Below, one piece after another: positions 50,519-60,946 of a stretch of 64,000 nt of DNA. A program made the position numbers and the translations under genes. The stretch comes from Spirochaetia bacterium (GTDB taxonomy: Bacteria; Spirochaetota; Spirochaetia; SP-2023), in assembly GCA_965263295.1 (NCBI GenBank), contig OZ253665.1, positions 1,920,001 through 1,984,000 on the forward strand. The letters are read 5' to 3'. The number at the start of each line of letters is the position of its first letter. Positions within the stretch are counted from its first letter, which is position 1. Under the pieces are notes generated by a model. The model did no database searches, had not been told where the DNA came from, and saw nothing but the letters and a program-made list of their open reading frames with translations.

Positions 50519-52321
50519 ATGCTGAAATCCAAGTTGAAGTCAAAGCTGAAGTCCAAGTTGAAATCAAAGTTGAAATCGAGGCTGAATCCAAACACTGATT
50601 CTTTGCTGATGGTTTTGAGGCCGGTAATGCTGCCAGCGCTGATTGCCGTCGTGATTCAAATCGTTGCCAGCCTGAGTAGCTGGCTTGTCTATCAGTCTCT
50701 GGCCGATATTACTCAGGGACTGGTGGGGGGACTACCTGCGGAGTCCGTGTATCTGGCGCTATGGTGGTTTTTGACCGGGCTCGGTTTGCAGTCCGGTCTG
50801 GGTGCGGTTGCCCTGGCGATTACCCATTTTGCAGATGCCAACCTGCAGCGCCACCTGCGTATGCGGCTTGTCGACAAGCTGGGCAGACTGCCCGCCATGT
50901 GGTTCAGCGAACGGCCCGCCGGCGATACCCGGCAGCTTATTCAGAATAACGTAGAGGCGCTGCATCAATTAGTGGCGCACAGTCTGGTAGAAGGGGTGGC
51001 CTTTGTGGTGACCCCCTTGGTAGGTCTCTGCTTCTGCCTTGCTCTCAACTGGCGGCTGGGACTCGCGGCCTGTGCGCCAATCGCGCTCTACTTCCTGCTG
51101 CTGACGTCTCTGTCGCGCGGCAGCATGCGGGACATCATGGCGCAAATCTCCACCCAGTTGGCCGGAATCAGCGGCGTCATTGTCGACTATGTTCGCGGTG
51201 TTGCCGTGCTCAAGGTATTTGGTCGCGCAGGCGAGGGTTACCAGCGATTTACCGATGCTTCACGCCGTTTTCACGACGACTTTAGCAGCCTGGTACGCCC
51301 GGCGATGAAGGCTCAGTCTGTCGCCATTATCGCCATCTCTTCCCCCGTTGTGGCGTTGCTAATGATGTTGACGGGAATCTGGGGAGTGGAAAGCGGCACG
51401 ATGAGGGCCACAGAAATCATGGTCGCTACGCTGGTGGCGATGCTGCTGCCTGCCTCAATTATGACGGTGGCGCTGGCCAAGCAGTTGCTGAATACCGCCC
51501 TTGTGGCGGCAACCGATATGCAGACATTCCTCAATCAGGAGGAGCTCCCTAGCTTTACAGAGCCGGTTTCGCTGGGAGGAGGAGAGCTAAGCCTGCGGGA
51601 TGTGGGATTTTTCTATGGTGAGAAGGCGATTCTGCGAGAGATCAATCTGACTCTTCCCGCTGGCAGCTTTACGGCATTAGTCGGGCCTTCTGCAGCGGGA
51701 AAGACTACGCTGGCGCGCTTGCTCGCTCGCCAGCAGGATGTGACCAGTGGGCAAATTTGCATCGACGGACACGACATTCGACAGATACCCCTGCCCCAGC
51801 TCTATGAGATGGTGGGCGTTCTTGAACAAACGCCTTCGCTGCCGGCTATTTCCCTGGCGCAAAATATCGCGCTGGGAATGGAAGAGGTGCCGCTGGCGGC
51901 GATCCGCCAGGCGGCGCGGGCGGCTCTGATTGATGAACGGATTATGGCGCTACCGCGCGGGTATGAAGCCGTACCGGGGATTGATGTGCATCTTTCAGTT
52001 GGGGAAGCGCAGCGGGTGGCGATCGCCAGGCTGATCCTTGCTGCCCGCCCAATCTTAATCATGGACGAGGCCACTTCTGCCATTGATCCGGACTCTGAAA
52101 CCGAGATCCGTCAGGCCATTGCCAATCTCGCTCGTGGACGGACAACGCTGGCGATTGCGCACCGGCTGTCGACGATTCAGGATGCGGATCAAATCGTGGT
52201 CCTCGATAAAGGTCAGTTACAAGAGCGGGGCAAGCATGAGTCGCTCTTGGCTGACGACGAGCTATACGCCCGCTTGTGGCGCGAGTTTACTGCCGAACGG
52301 CAGACGGAGGGGCTGACATGA
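50519..52321 (+). CDS. ABC transporter permease/ATP-binding protein (YbtP/IrtA-like)
   Basis: TMD plus NBD (GPSAAGKTT, LSVGEAQR, MDEATS); N-terminal KSKL repeats. Confidence 0.9.
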   Translation: MLKSKLKSKLKSKLKSKLKSRLNPNTDSLLMVLRPVMLPALIAVVIQIVASLSSWLVYQSLADITQGLVGGLPAESVYLALWWFLTGLGLQSGLGAVALAITHFADANLQRHLRMRLVDKLGRLPAMWFSERPAGDTRQLIQNNVEALHQLVAHSLVEGVAFVVTPLVGLCFCLALNWRLGLAACAPIALYFLLLTSLSRGSMRDIMAQISTQLAGISGVIVDYVRGVAVLKVFGRAGEGYQRFTDASRRFHDDFSSLVRPAMKAQSVAIIAISSPVVALLMMLTGIWGVESGTMRATEIMVATLVAMLLPASIMTVALAKQLLNTALVAATDMQTFLNQEELPSFTEPVSLGGGELSLRDVGFFYGEKAILREINLTLPAGSFTALVGPSAAGKTTLARLLARQQDVTSGQICIDGHDIRQIPLPQLYEMVGVLEQTPSLPAISLAQNIALGMEEVPLAAIRQAARAALIDERIMALPRGYEAVPGIDVHLSVGEAQRVAIARLILAARPILIMDEATSAIDPDSETEIRQAIANLARGRTTLAIAHRLSTIQDADQIVVLDKGQLQERGKHESLLADDELYARLWREFTAERQTEGLT

Positions 52322-54060
52322 TCGCAACATTATTACAGTTGGACGAGCGTGCGGCAGGGGCGAAATTCTGGCGATTTATCGTCTGCGTTGCGTTGGTTGG
52401 CGTTTTTCAGGGACTGGTTCTCGGTAGTTTTATTGCCGTTGTCTATGCGCTTTTCAGCGCCGACATGCACGCCGCGCTTATCGGCTGTTTGTGCCTTCTG
52501 TTGGGTTCGTCAGTTAACGGTATGCTGCAGGCCTGGGTGACTATGTGTGGCTTTAATGAGGCGATGCGCATCATCGTGGTGATGCATCATCGCCTGGGGG
52601 AACAACTGGTGGCTTTGCCACTCGGCTGGTTTACCTCCCGCGCCACGGGCTTCGCCAGCGGCGTGGCTGTTCGAGGAACGCTGTTCGTGGCGCAGACGGT
52701 AATGGACTTGCTGGTGCCGCTGATTATTAACAGCGCCACGCCGCTGACGATCGCGCTGATGAGTTTCGCGCTCGACTGGCGGATCGGGGGCATTTTGCTC
52801 GTGAGCGCACCGCTGATCTGGCTGGCGGCCCGCTGGGAGACCCGACTCAATGCGGCGGTACAAGAGCAGGTCCATGCCACGTTCCAGAAGACGGATGAAC
52901 GACTGTTGGAGTTTATTGATCATCAGATGCTGCTGCGTCAGGCTGGACTGAGCGGGCCGGGCAGTCAAGGTTACCGTCCCTTAACCGAAGCCGTTGACCA
53001 CCAGTGGCAGGCTACGGTGAAGGCTTTATGGTCCTCGGTGCGTGGGATGATTACCCAATCTACAGTGGTGCAATGCATCTATGCCTTGGTGCTAGGCGTG
53101 ACCGTGTGGCTGACGCTGAAGTCGGAACTTGAGCCAGTGTGGGCGGTTGTCCTGATCGGACTGGGCGTTCAGTTTATCGGGCCGCTGAAAATCCTCTCTG
53201 AGTTGGGCATCGCATTTAAGCGTGCGCAAATTGAGCTTAATGACGTGGTTCGGCTGATAGCGCTCCCGGCGCTGCCCGAAGCGGAGGCGCCGCATTCAAT
53301 GCCTGCCCGTTATGGCCTCTCTTTTGAACACGTTGCCTTCCGCTATGACGAAAAATCTCCCTGGCTTTTTCAGGACTTCAATCTGGAAATTGCCCCCGGC
53401 TCTCTGACGGCGCTGGTGGGGCCTTCCGGGTGCGGCAAAACCACCCTCACGCGGCTGGCCGCTCGCTTTTGGGATGTCGATCAAGGCCAAATCACGCTTG
53501 GTGGGGAGGACATTCGCCAACTGCGCCATGCCGAACTGATGAGCGCCGTCTCTTTGGTTTTTCAGGACGTGTACTTGTTTGACGATACGCTAGAGGCCAA
53601 TGCCCGTATGGGGAATCCTGATGCCAGTGAGGCGCAGTTGACGGCGGCAGCGGAGCTGGCCTGCGTAACGGATATCGTCAAGCGGCTGCCGCAGGGATGG
53701 CAAAGCCCAGTAGGGGAAGGGGGGCAACGGCTCTCTGGCGGTGAGCGCCAGCGAGTCTCCATTGCCCGCGCGTTATTAAAGGATGCGCCCGTATTGCTGC
53801 TGGACGAAGCCACCGCCGCGCAGGATCCGCTGACGGGAATGGCGATTGCCCGCGCCATCAATGCCTTGAAGGAACGTGCCACAGTCATCGTCATTGCCCA
53901 TCAACTAAATACGGTGAAAACGGCCGACCAGATTGTGTTCATTGATGGCGGACAAGTCCGCGAGCAGGGGACGCATCAGGCGTTAATCACCCGAAAAGGA
54001 CGCTATGCCCACTTCTGGCATAGCCATATTAATATCACACCGGCCACGACGGCCACATAA
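52318..54060 (+). CDS. ABC transporter permease/ATP-binding protein (YbtQ/IrtB-like)
   Basis: GPSGCGKTT, LSGGERQR, LDEATA; ATGA overlap with the previous gene. Confidence 0.9.
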   Translation: MIATLLQLDERAAGAKFWRFIVCVALVGVFQGLVLGSFIAVVYALFSADMHAALIGCLCLLLGSSVNGMLQAWVTMCGFNEAMRIIVVMHHRLGEQLVALPLGWFTSRATGFASGVAVRGTLFVAQTVMDLLVPLIINSATPLTIALMSFALDWRIGGILLVSAPLIWLAARWETRLNAAVQEQVHATFQKTDERLLEFIDHQMLLRQAGLSGPGSQGYRPLTEAVDHQWQATVKALWSSVRGMITQSTVVQCIYALVLGVTVWLTLKSELEPVWAVVLIGLGVQFIGPLKILSELGIAFKRAQIELNDVVRLIALPALPEAEAPHSMPARYGLSFEHVAFRYDEKSPWLFQDFNLEIAPGSLTALVGPSGCGKTTLTRLAARFWDVDQGQITLGGEDIRQLRHAELMSAVSLVFQDVYLFDDTLEANARMGNPDASEAQLTAAAELACVTDIVKRLPQGWQSPVGEGGQRLSGGERQRVSIARALLKDAPVLLLDEATAAQDPLTGMAIARAINALKERATVIVIAHQLNTVKTADQIVFIDGGQVREQGTHQALITRKGRYAHFWHSHINITPATTAT

Positions 54061-54075
54061 AGGAGAGTTTTTCCA

Positions 54076-54669
54076 ATGAAAATTCAAACGAAGGAGCTGA
54101 TTACGCTGGGTATTTTCTCGGTGATTATCATCAGCATCAACATCGTGATTGGCTTGCCGACGATGTTTTCACCCATTCTGATCCCGATTGCCCGATGTCT
54201 GTGCTGTTTGATCACGGGTATCCCTTTCATGCTCTATCTGACGCGAGCGAAGCAGGGGGAATTGATTTGGCTGATGGGGCTGATCATGGGCGTAATAATG
54301 GTGCTTTTCGGGGACTACGTACTGACCCTGGCCACGGGGCTGTTGGCAGGCGTGATTGCCGACCTTATATGCCGAGCGGCGAGAAAAAACCAGAGCCGCG
54401 CTCTGGTTGTCCTCGGCTACGGCGTTTTCAATCTCTGGACTGTCGGCGGGTTACTGCCGCTGCTGTTTATGCGCGAGGAAATTGAGGCTCAGACTGCGCG
54501 ACAACTGGGGGCGGAGTATGCCCACCGTCTTATTGAACTATTTTCCGTGTCAATGGTGTGTTGGACGCTGGTGGGGATTTTTGTCTCCGGCTTGCTGGGC
54601 GGGGTAATCGGTTTGAGGATGCTCAATAAGCATTTTGTGAAGGCCGGGCTTGTCCAGAAACATGGCTGA
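54076..54669 (+). CDS. ECF transporter S component (MptD family)
   Basis: KELITLGIFS, GIPFMLYL, LNKHFVKAG motifs. Confidence 0.85.
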   Translation: MKIQTKELITLGIFSVIIISINIVIGLPTMFSPILIPIARCLCCLITGIPFMLYLTRAKQGELIWLMGLIMGVIMVLFGDYVLTLATGLLAGVIADLICRAARKNQSRALVVLGYGVFNLWTVGGLLPLLFMREEIEAQTARQLGAEYAHRLIELFSVSMVCWTLVGIFVSGLLGGVIGLRMLNKHFVKAGLVQKHG

Positions 54670-55384
54670 TAAGACTTTGCTGGCGCAGCGGGCCGGCGTC
54701 GTCGATGTACGCACCAATATGCTTGGGCTGCTGCTTATCAATACGTTGGTTATGACCGGCAAGGGCGGCGTTTTCCAGATGGCATGCGTTGCGGTGGTTT
54801 GTGGATTGCTGTTGCAGCAGCGTCGCTGGCGTGCCGCTGCGATACTGGCGTTCTGTATTGGCGCATTGGTGATGCTTCCGGTAATTGCCACGCTGGACGG
54901 TATGCCCGCCAGCGTGACGATGCTGCTGACGGCGCTGATGTTTACCCGTCCTTATCTGATCGCGGGTTTTATGGGGTATTACTTTATCTGCGCTACGTCG
55001 CCCAGTCTGTTGATTGCCGGAATGAATCGCCTGCGGGTGCCGCAGATGGTGATTATTCCGCTCGCCGTTATGCTGCGTTTTTTCCCGGTCATATGGGAAG
55101 AGCAGCAGGCGATTCGTGGCGCTATGCGCATGCGCGGGTTGCCGGGCCGCGGCGGCGTTCTGCTGCATCCCTGGCGTACGCTGGAGTACATTTTGATCCC
55201 GCTTATCGGTGCGGCCATACGATCCGGCGAAGCGATGTCTGCTTCTGCGCTGAGCCGTGGCTTGGGCAATCCCGTTACGCCGTCTTCGATTGTGCCGCTG
55301 AGATTCGGCGGAGCGGACCTGTTGCTGTGTCTTTTGTACGGCGGGCTGGTGGTGCTGTTTTTTTACTGCGGAAGTGTATGGTAG
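54662..55384 (+). CDS. ECF transporter T component
   Basis: IPLAVMLRFFP, AMRMRG, SALSRG. Confidence 0.88.
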   Translation: MADKTLLAQRAGVVDVRTNMLGLLLINTLVMTGKGGVFQMACVAVVCGLLLQQRRWRAAAILAFCIGALVMLPVIATLDGMPASVTMLLTALMFTRPYLIAGFMGYYFICATSPSLLIAGMNRLRVPQMVIIPLAVMLRFFPVIWEEQQAIRGAMRMRGLPGRGGVLLHPWRTLEYILIPLIGAAIRSGEAMSASALSRGLGNPVTPSSIVPLRFGGADLLLCLLYGGLVVLFFYCGSVW

Positions 55385-56748
55385 ACGGCATTGTTCTCAA
55401 TCAGGTCAGCATTACGTTTCCGACTTCCGCTAGTCCGGCGCTAGATAAGGTCAGCCTCTCGATCGATCGGGGGGAGTGCGTGCTGTTAATCGGGCAATGC
55501 GGCTGTGGCAAATCTAGCCTGCTGAATCTGATTAACGGGATCGTGCCGCATGTTATTCCCGCTGAGATTACCGGTCGTATCAACATTGACGGCAGCGTAC
55601 CGATGCAGGAAAAACTCTGGCAACTGGGTCGCAAAGTTGCCACGGTCTATCAAAATCCACGTCGCCAATTTTTCTGCGCCGATCCGCTGGGAGAACTGGC
55701 ATTCGGCAGTGAGCATGCGGGACAAGACCCTGACGAGATTCTGGCGAGGGCTGCCGGTGTAGCCGAGCATCTGGGGATCACTCACTTACTGACGCGCAAT
55801 ATGTTTGCCCTCTCCGTCGGGGAGCTGCAGCGGATAGCGATAGGAGCGGGGCTGATGGACCGGCCTTCTTTTTTGCTGCTGGATGAACCAACTTCGAATC
55901 TTGATGCAAAAAGTATGGATGCGTTGATCCGGATATTGCAAATCCTGCGGGCTGGCGGTATGACTATCATGATTGCCGAGCATCGACTCTGGTTTTTGCG
56001 TGATGTGGCTGACCGCGTCATTCGCCTCTATCGCGGAAAAATCGTTGAGGATTTACCCGCCAGCCAGTTCTGGTTGCGCGATGACGCTCTACGTCATCAA
56101 CAGGGGCTGCGGGTGCTATCGAGGCCCGGAACGACCCTGTTGCCTGAGCCGCGCGCCGAAACTGAGGGGATTAGCTATTGCCATCCAGGAGAAAGAACTC
56201 TACATTTCGCGCGCGGGCACATTACGGCGCTGTGTGGTGAAAATGGGGTGGGGAAAAGTACGTTGGCCAGCAGATTGGCAGGGCTGGAAAGCACTCGCGA
56301 TAAGATACTGCTCGATGGAAAACCGTTTCCATTGCGAGAACGTTTGCGACGCGCATTTCTGGTAATGCAGGATGTGAATCGTCAACTTTTTGGCGCCAGC
56401 GTGGCGCAGGAACTGCGGATGGGACGGCATGCCGCGACCACTCTGTCTCTGGACAGAGCGATTCACGATATGGGGCTGAACGAACTCCTGGAGCTGCACC
56501 CTATGGCGCTCTCTGGCGGTCAGCAGCAGCGGGTTGTGGTGACTCTTGCGCTGCTGGAGCAGCGAGAGGTGTTTATCTTCGATGAGCCTACTTCCGGGTT
56601 AGATTATGAAGGGCTGCTGCAGGTGGTGGCACGACTGAAGCAGCTGGCGAGCACCGGCGCAGTGATGATTCTGATTACACATGATGAGGAGCTCCTCGCA
56701 CTTTGTGCGGACTATCAGATTGTGATACCGCCCGCGAACTCAGCTTAG
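55378..56748 (+). CDS. ECF transporter double ATPase
   Basis: Two NBDs: GQCGCGKS...DEPTSNLD and GENGVGKS...LSGGQQQR...DEPTSGLD. Confidence 0.9.
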   Translation: MVDGIVLNQVSITFPTSASPALDKVSLSIDRGECVLLIGQCGCGKSSLLNLINGIVPHVIPAEITGRINIDGSVPMQEKLWQLGRKVATVYQNPRRQFFCADPLGELAFGSEHAGQDPDEILARAAGVAEHLGITHLLTRNMFALSVGELQRIAIGAGLMDRPSFLLLDEPTSNLDAKSMDALIRILQILRAGGMTIMIAEHRLWFLRDVADRVIRLYRGKIVEDLPASQFWLRDDALRHQQGLRVLSRPGTTLLPEPRAETEGISYCHPGERTLHFARGHITALCGENGVGKSTLASRLAGLESTRDKILLDGKPFPLRERLRRAFLVMQDVNRQLFGASVAQELRMGRHAATTLSLDRAIHDMGLNELLELHPMALSGGQQQRVVVTLALLEQREVFIFDEPTSGLDYEGLLQVVARLKQLASTGAVMILITHDEELLALCADYQIVIPPANSA

Positions 56749-56784
56749 GTGTGGAGAAGATAAAAAATGAAAGGTTGCGAAAGA

Positions 56785-57008
56785 GGAACCACGAAAGTGC
56801 ACGAAGACAGCGAAAGGTCACGAAAGTTAGGTAGGGGGGCCGCGGGGACGACGACGGGGAGCTGCGGGTGACAGGGAAAAGTTAAAATAGGGGCTGGATG
56901 GAGAACGGGAGCTGTGGGGGGCGTCGAGGCGGGAGGGGCGGTTTTTTAGAATTTTTCGTGTGGTTTCGTACTTTTTTGGTGTTTTTCGTGGTTAGCGGGC
57001 CAGGGACT
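56785..57008 (-). repeat. Dispersed CACGAA/TTCGTG element (inverted, full)
   Basis: ggaaccacgaaagtgcacgaagacagcgaaaggtcacgaaagttagg...gtttttcgtggttagcgggccagggact. Confidence 0.88.
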
Positions 57009-57077
57009 TTGAGGCGTGCCACAGGCACAGCCCCAAAGATCAAGCAAGAACTATCAGAGAGTTTTGGCCACTCTTCT

Positions 57078-58904
57078 CTATTTTGATTTTGATTCCTCCA
57101 AGATAACTTTATCTTTGAATTCATGTGTACCAAAGTCTTTATAGAACCAGAAGCTCATTGGATCTTGACAAGTTTTTGGCAATGGGCCCTCGGCCTCTAA
57201 AACTAATTTGCCTTTTTCCGTTTCGCTCCATTTGAGATACCCACTCAGTTCAAACTGTTCATAATTTTTCATCCAGTTCAAGTTTTCATCTTCTTTAATG
57301 CGATGCCTCTTATCATTTTGATTATTAATCTTAATGAATATAAAAGCTTTCATGGTAATGATTTCTAACAGGCCATTCTCTGGATTAAATTTCCATTCCA
57401 TATCCTGATGCACTTTATAATTTTTATTATTATGAGTCCGCTCATACTGCCATTGCGCATCCTTTCCTTCTTTACGGTTCATATTCGGTGGAAATTTGAG
57501 AAAGCGATGAATTTTATCATTTGCATCTTCTTCAGTTCCTTTGATTAAATCATTGTTACAGAATCTCTTGCCCTGCAGATCATTTACCGTTACCGGGCGC
57601 GATTGCGGGGCAATGAATGCCGACAATTTTTTCCCTCCTTTGGTCGATGTAAAAGTGACTTTGTTGTCTATTTTTTCCACGCGGTAAGTTTTATCCGTGA
57701 AAAAGCTTTTTAACCCGTCTATTTTATCTATGTCCTTCACGCGCAGGACAAGTTTTTCAGGATCTTGCTTTCCCAGGGAGATGTAAAAATTGGATTGCGT
57801 ACTCTTGATTTTCTGAAACATGCCATTGGCTTTGCTTTTCCACAGTATGGTTTTCAAAAACAAGTGCTTAAATTTATTGACTTGTGAAGAATCAATGCTG
57901 TCGAAAGACAGGGCATACAAGACATCATCACCCTGTTCTTCCGCTTTTGTGCCCAGGGACAGGACTTGGTTTTCCTTTTCATAATATTTGCTAAAAGTTT
58001 CTTTGAATTTAGATTTCAACGTATTTTCATATTGAGCAAGCTTTGATGAAACAGAAGGAACAGTAGCAGTTTCAGTAGATTCAACTTCAGTAGTAGTAAT
58101 AGTAGTTGTTATCTCCTTAGCTACTGTTCCTTCTGTTTCGGCTTCCTCTAATACTTCAGACTCTCCTTCCTCAGTCACAGTAGTAGTGGAGGTAGCGCTT
58201 GATTCTCCTGTGGTTCCCATCCGTCCTTTTTGGCCTTTATCATCACCTTTATCTGTGGCTTCTACCCCTGACCCTTTACTGCTAGAAGTCTCAGTTTGGG
58301 TCTTGCTTTTTTGGCCTTTATCTACATCATCACCTTTTTTACTTTCTGCCTTTAAAGTTTCCCCAATTAGTTTTTGAGCAATTTCATCGGGTAGCAAATT
58401 CTCATCAGTTTTGTCGTTTACAATTGAGGTACCATCAGGCAAAATCAATTGGGCGCTGATTTCTATGCCTGATATCTTTTGGAGGTTCAGTTCTTCTACC
58501 GGGAAGCCTGACGGCATTGTCTTCGACAGAGTAAATTCGGCTTTATTCTCTTCTGTAACTTGCTCTTTGTCACACGTGTATATTTTTGACGTGCCTTTTT
58601 TGCGCAGGCCCCACTCAATTTTGCACCCATCCCAGATCTTTTGGTTGACGATGCGCTTATCTTCAGGTTGATGGCTATCGTAGACAAGCTCGCCGTCTTT
58701 CTCAAATTTGTCGACAATGTAGACTATCGACTGCTCTGATGCATTAGTAAAAGCCTGGCTTTCGATATCTTTTTGTTTAATGTGAAAAACACTCTTGGGG
58801 ATTCCTTTGTGTTTTGCAGTGTCATCACAGCCTGCAAGTAGCAGGAGAGTCAGCATATATATGCTGAACTTTCTTGTTTTCCCCCAAATGTTTTTGGTCG
58901 ACAT
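57078..58904 (-). CDS. Lipoprotein of unknown function with Thr/Ser/Glu-rich linker
   Basis: LLLLAGC lipobox; low-complexity central segment; AAGGGGG RBS. Confidence 0.8.
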   Translation of the reverse strand: MSTKNIWGKTRKFSIYMLTLLLLAGCDDTAKHKGIPKSVFHIKQKDIESQAFTNASEQSIVYIVDKFEKDGELVYDSHQPEDKRIVNQKIWDGCKIEWGLRKKGTSKIYTCDKEQVTEENKAEFTLSKTMPSGFPVEELNLQKISGIEISAQLILPDGTSIVNDKTDENLLPDEIAQKLIGETLKAESKKGDDVDKGQKSKTQTETSSSKGSGVEATDKGDDKGQKGRMGTTGESSATSTTTVTEEGESEVLEEAETEGTVAKEITTTITTTEVESTETATVPSVSSKLAQYENTLKSKFKETFSKYYEKENQVLSLGTKAEEQGDDVLYALSFDSIDSSQVNKFKHLFLKTILWKSKANGMFQKIKSTQSNFYISLGKQDPEKLVLRVKDIDKIDGLKSFFTDKTYRVEKIDNKVTFTSTKGGKKLSAFIAPQSRPVTVNDLQGKRFCNNDLIKGTEEDANDKIHRFLKFPPNMNRKEGKDAQWQYERTHNNKNYKVHQDMEWKFNPENGLLEIITMKAFIFIKINNQNDKRHRIKEDENLNWMKNYEQFELSGYLKWSETEKGKLVLEAEGPLPKTCQDPMSFWFYKDFGTHEFKDKVILEESKSK

Positions 58905-59578
58905 AAGCTTGCCCCCTTAAATTCAAAATAGATATCCCCGAAGTAGATATCCCAAAGGGCAAAAATCCGACGCAAAAACCGGGCAGGCAAAATACCAACG
59001 ATATTTATTCCACATTGTTTGCAATGCATTTTGAGTTTCGATTTTCGATGAAATACCATTTTGAATTGTCATTTGAAATTTGCTTGTGGTATTAACCACT
59101 GATAAGTATAATTTACTAAAAATCTATATTTTAATCAATATTTTTTTAAATAAAAATTGTTATTTTTCATTATTTTCTATTTATAACCGGCTTAAAATAT
59201 CCATTCATGCAGACTGCGATAATCCGGCTCAGCGTGTTGTTGTAATGCTTAGCAGCTTGAGTCAATCAGGAAGAAATAGAATTTTTGTCATCGCCGACGT
59301 GGAATCTTCAAAGTCTGTGTTGCCTCGGTTTGCCTTGCTGCGTGGGCGGCAAGCGGTTATGATACCGAGGCTATGAGCTAGTGGCTTCAGTTTGCTAGCC
59401 GGCAGACTGGCAGATTTAAATAAAGAAACGGGACAAAGGGCGCTGCGGGGAGCAGCTGGCAGTGAATAACCGGAATAAACAAGAATGTGCGGCTATTACG
59501 GGCTCTTTGTGCCGGAGGATGAAGGAGTTCTCCATATGGACAATTTGGACAGTGGCATTCTGGTGGCCCAATGTTAAA

Positions 59579-60931
59579 ATGAATACGCAAGCTAATAAAA
59601 TAGAATTTAAAAAGTTTCCTCAAACAAAGGGAAATGTGAAATTTAGGGAATCGTTGTTACGTGAATTATTTTATGTCGCAAAGTTAGAAACGATATTATT
59701 AGTACTTTTAAATTTGATTTCATTTTTTTCCCCTCTAATTTTTATATATGTGATATCTCAAATCATCCAAGGTAATATTTATTATCGTAATAACGATTCA
59801 GCCATAATATTTGCTATTTTATGTGTGTTATTTAAGTATCTTTCTAGTATGGCCAGTTTGTTTACAGAGATAAAAATATCAAAGCTTATATGCTTTAAAT
59901 ATATGGGTATGATTTTAAATAGTCAAAACTCAGTTTCTATTGATAAAAAGCTAAAAGTATCTTCTTTTGATCTTAATATAATTTTAGACAATTTGAGTCG
60001 AGCTATACAGTTTTATACTTCCCCTCTGCTTATACTGTTTATATCTATTTACTTCTTTTTATCAGAAGGATTGCTTGGTTTATTTATTATTATATTAGTA
60101 TTCATATTCATACCTATCACGCTATTATTATCAAAAAAATCAAATCAAAACTATCAACGAGTGATGGACTTGACTTCTACTCGGATTGAAAATTTTAAAT
60201 CTTGGCTTCGTTATGCTCCATACAAATTACAGTTAGGTATGGTAGATACTGAGTTAAAGGAACATTCTGAAATAGCAAAAAGAGAAGTTAAATGGAGAAA
60301 CTTTGACACTATCATAAGAGGAATCGATGGATATATCATTGCTTTTGGGAGAATTATTCCTTTCGCTATCTTGATGTTTCTCGACTACATTCATCCAAAT
60401 TCAGGAGTGTATACATCATTTATATGGTTTTCCATACCAATATTACAAGTTATATTGTCCATTCCAAGCTCATATACATACAATAAAGCAGCTAATAAAT
60501 CTATTCAAGAGATAAATATTGTTTTACGTCAAGCTTATATAGATAAAGTTGGGGCAAATAATAACGAAAGTTTGGTTCTCGATGTCGATTGGCCAATATG
60601 GCGTGGTCAATTAAAAGCACTAGTGCCTGACTTAGAGCATGTAGAGAAAAGCTTTCTGATAGATTTATTATCAGCAGCTAGACTAATTCCTGAATTTGGA
60701 GAAAGTATAGATGCGGCATTAGAAAAAATTATTGACCTAGATGGAAAAAATATATCCAAAGGTCAACTTTTAAGATTGCAGATATTCAGGGGATGTGTAT
60801 TGGCTTATTTAAATAATCAAAAGCTCTATATTGATAATCAATTTTTTAGTTTAGATATGATGGTAAAAGAAAATCTATTAGAATTTTTAAATAACAATAA
60901 ATATATTAAAATATCAATCACTAAAAATTGA
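59579..60931 (+). CDS. ABC exporter-like membrane protein with degenerate NBD
   Basis: Multiple TM segments; GKNISKGQLLRL signature-like and LYIDNQFFSLD Walker B/D-loop-like; no Walker A seen. Confidence 0.6.
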   Translation: MNTQANKIEFKKFPQTKGNVKFRESLLRELFYVAKLETILLVLLNLISFFSPLIFIYVISQIIQGNIYYRNNDSAIIFAILCVLFKYLSSMASLFTEIKISKLICFKYMGMILNSQNSVSIDKKLKVSSFDLNIILDNLSRAIQFYTSPLLILFISIYFFLSEGLLGLFIIILVFIFIPITLLLSKKSNQNYQRVMDLTSTRIENFKSWLRYAPYKLQLGMVDTELKEHSEIAKREVKWRNFDTIIRGIDGYIIAFGRIIPFAILMFLDYIHPNSGVYTSFIWFSIPILQVILSIPSSYTYNKAANKSIQEINIVLRQAYIDKVGANNNESLVLDVDWPIWRGQLKALVPDLEHVEKSFLIDLLSAARLIPEFGESIDAALEKIIDLDGKNISKGQLLRLQIFRGCVLAYLNNQKLYIDNQFFSLDMMVKENLLEFLNNNKYIKISITKN

Positions 60932-60946
60932 TTTTGTAGGCCTCAA

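Noticed and set aside
54784..55377. 198-aa N-terminal extension of the ECF ATPase
   Set aside because: Overlaps the T-component gene in another frame; the ATPase domain begins at ATG 55378
3798..57008. Dispersed element as integron attC sites
   Set aside because: No consistent RYYYAAC/GTTRRRY ends, both orientations occur, core genes are flanked too, and no integrase is present
58855..58862. (AT)4 in the signal peptide of the 57078..58904 lipoprotein as a phase switch
   Set aside because: Too short to expect elevated slippage
58944..58990. c-di-GMP-I riboswitch-like GGCAAA...GACGCAAA
   Set aside because: Spacing too short for the P1 stem and it is on the opposite strand to the adjacent gene
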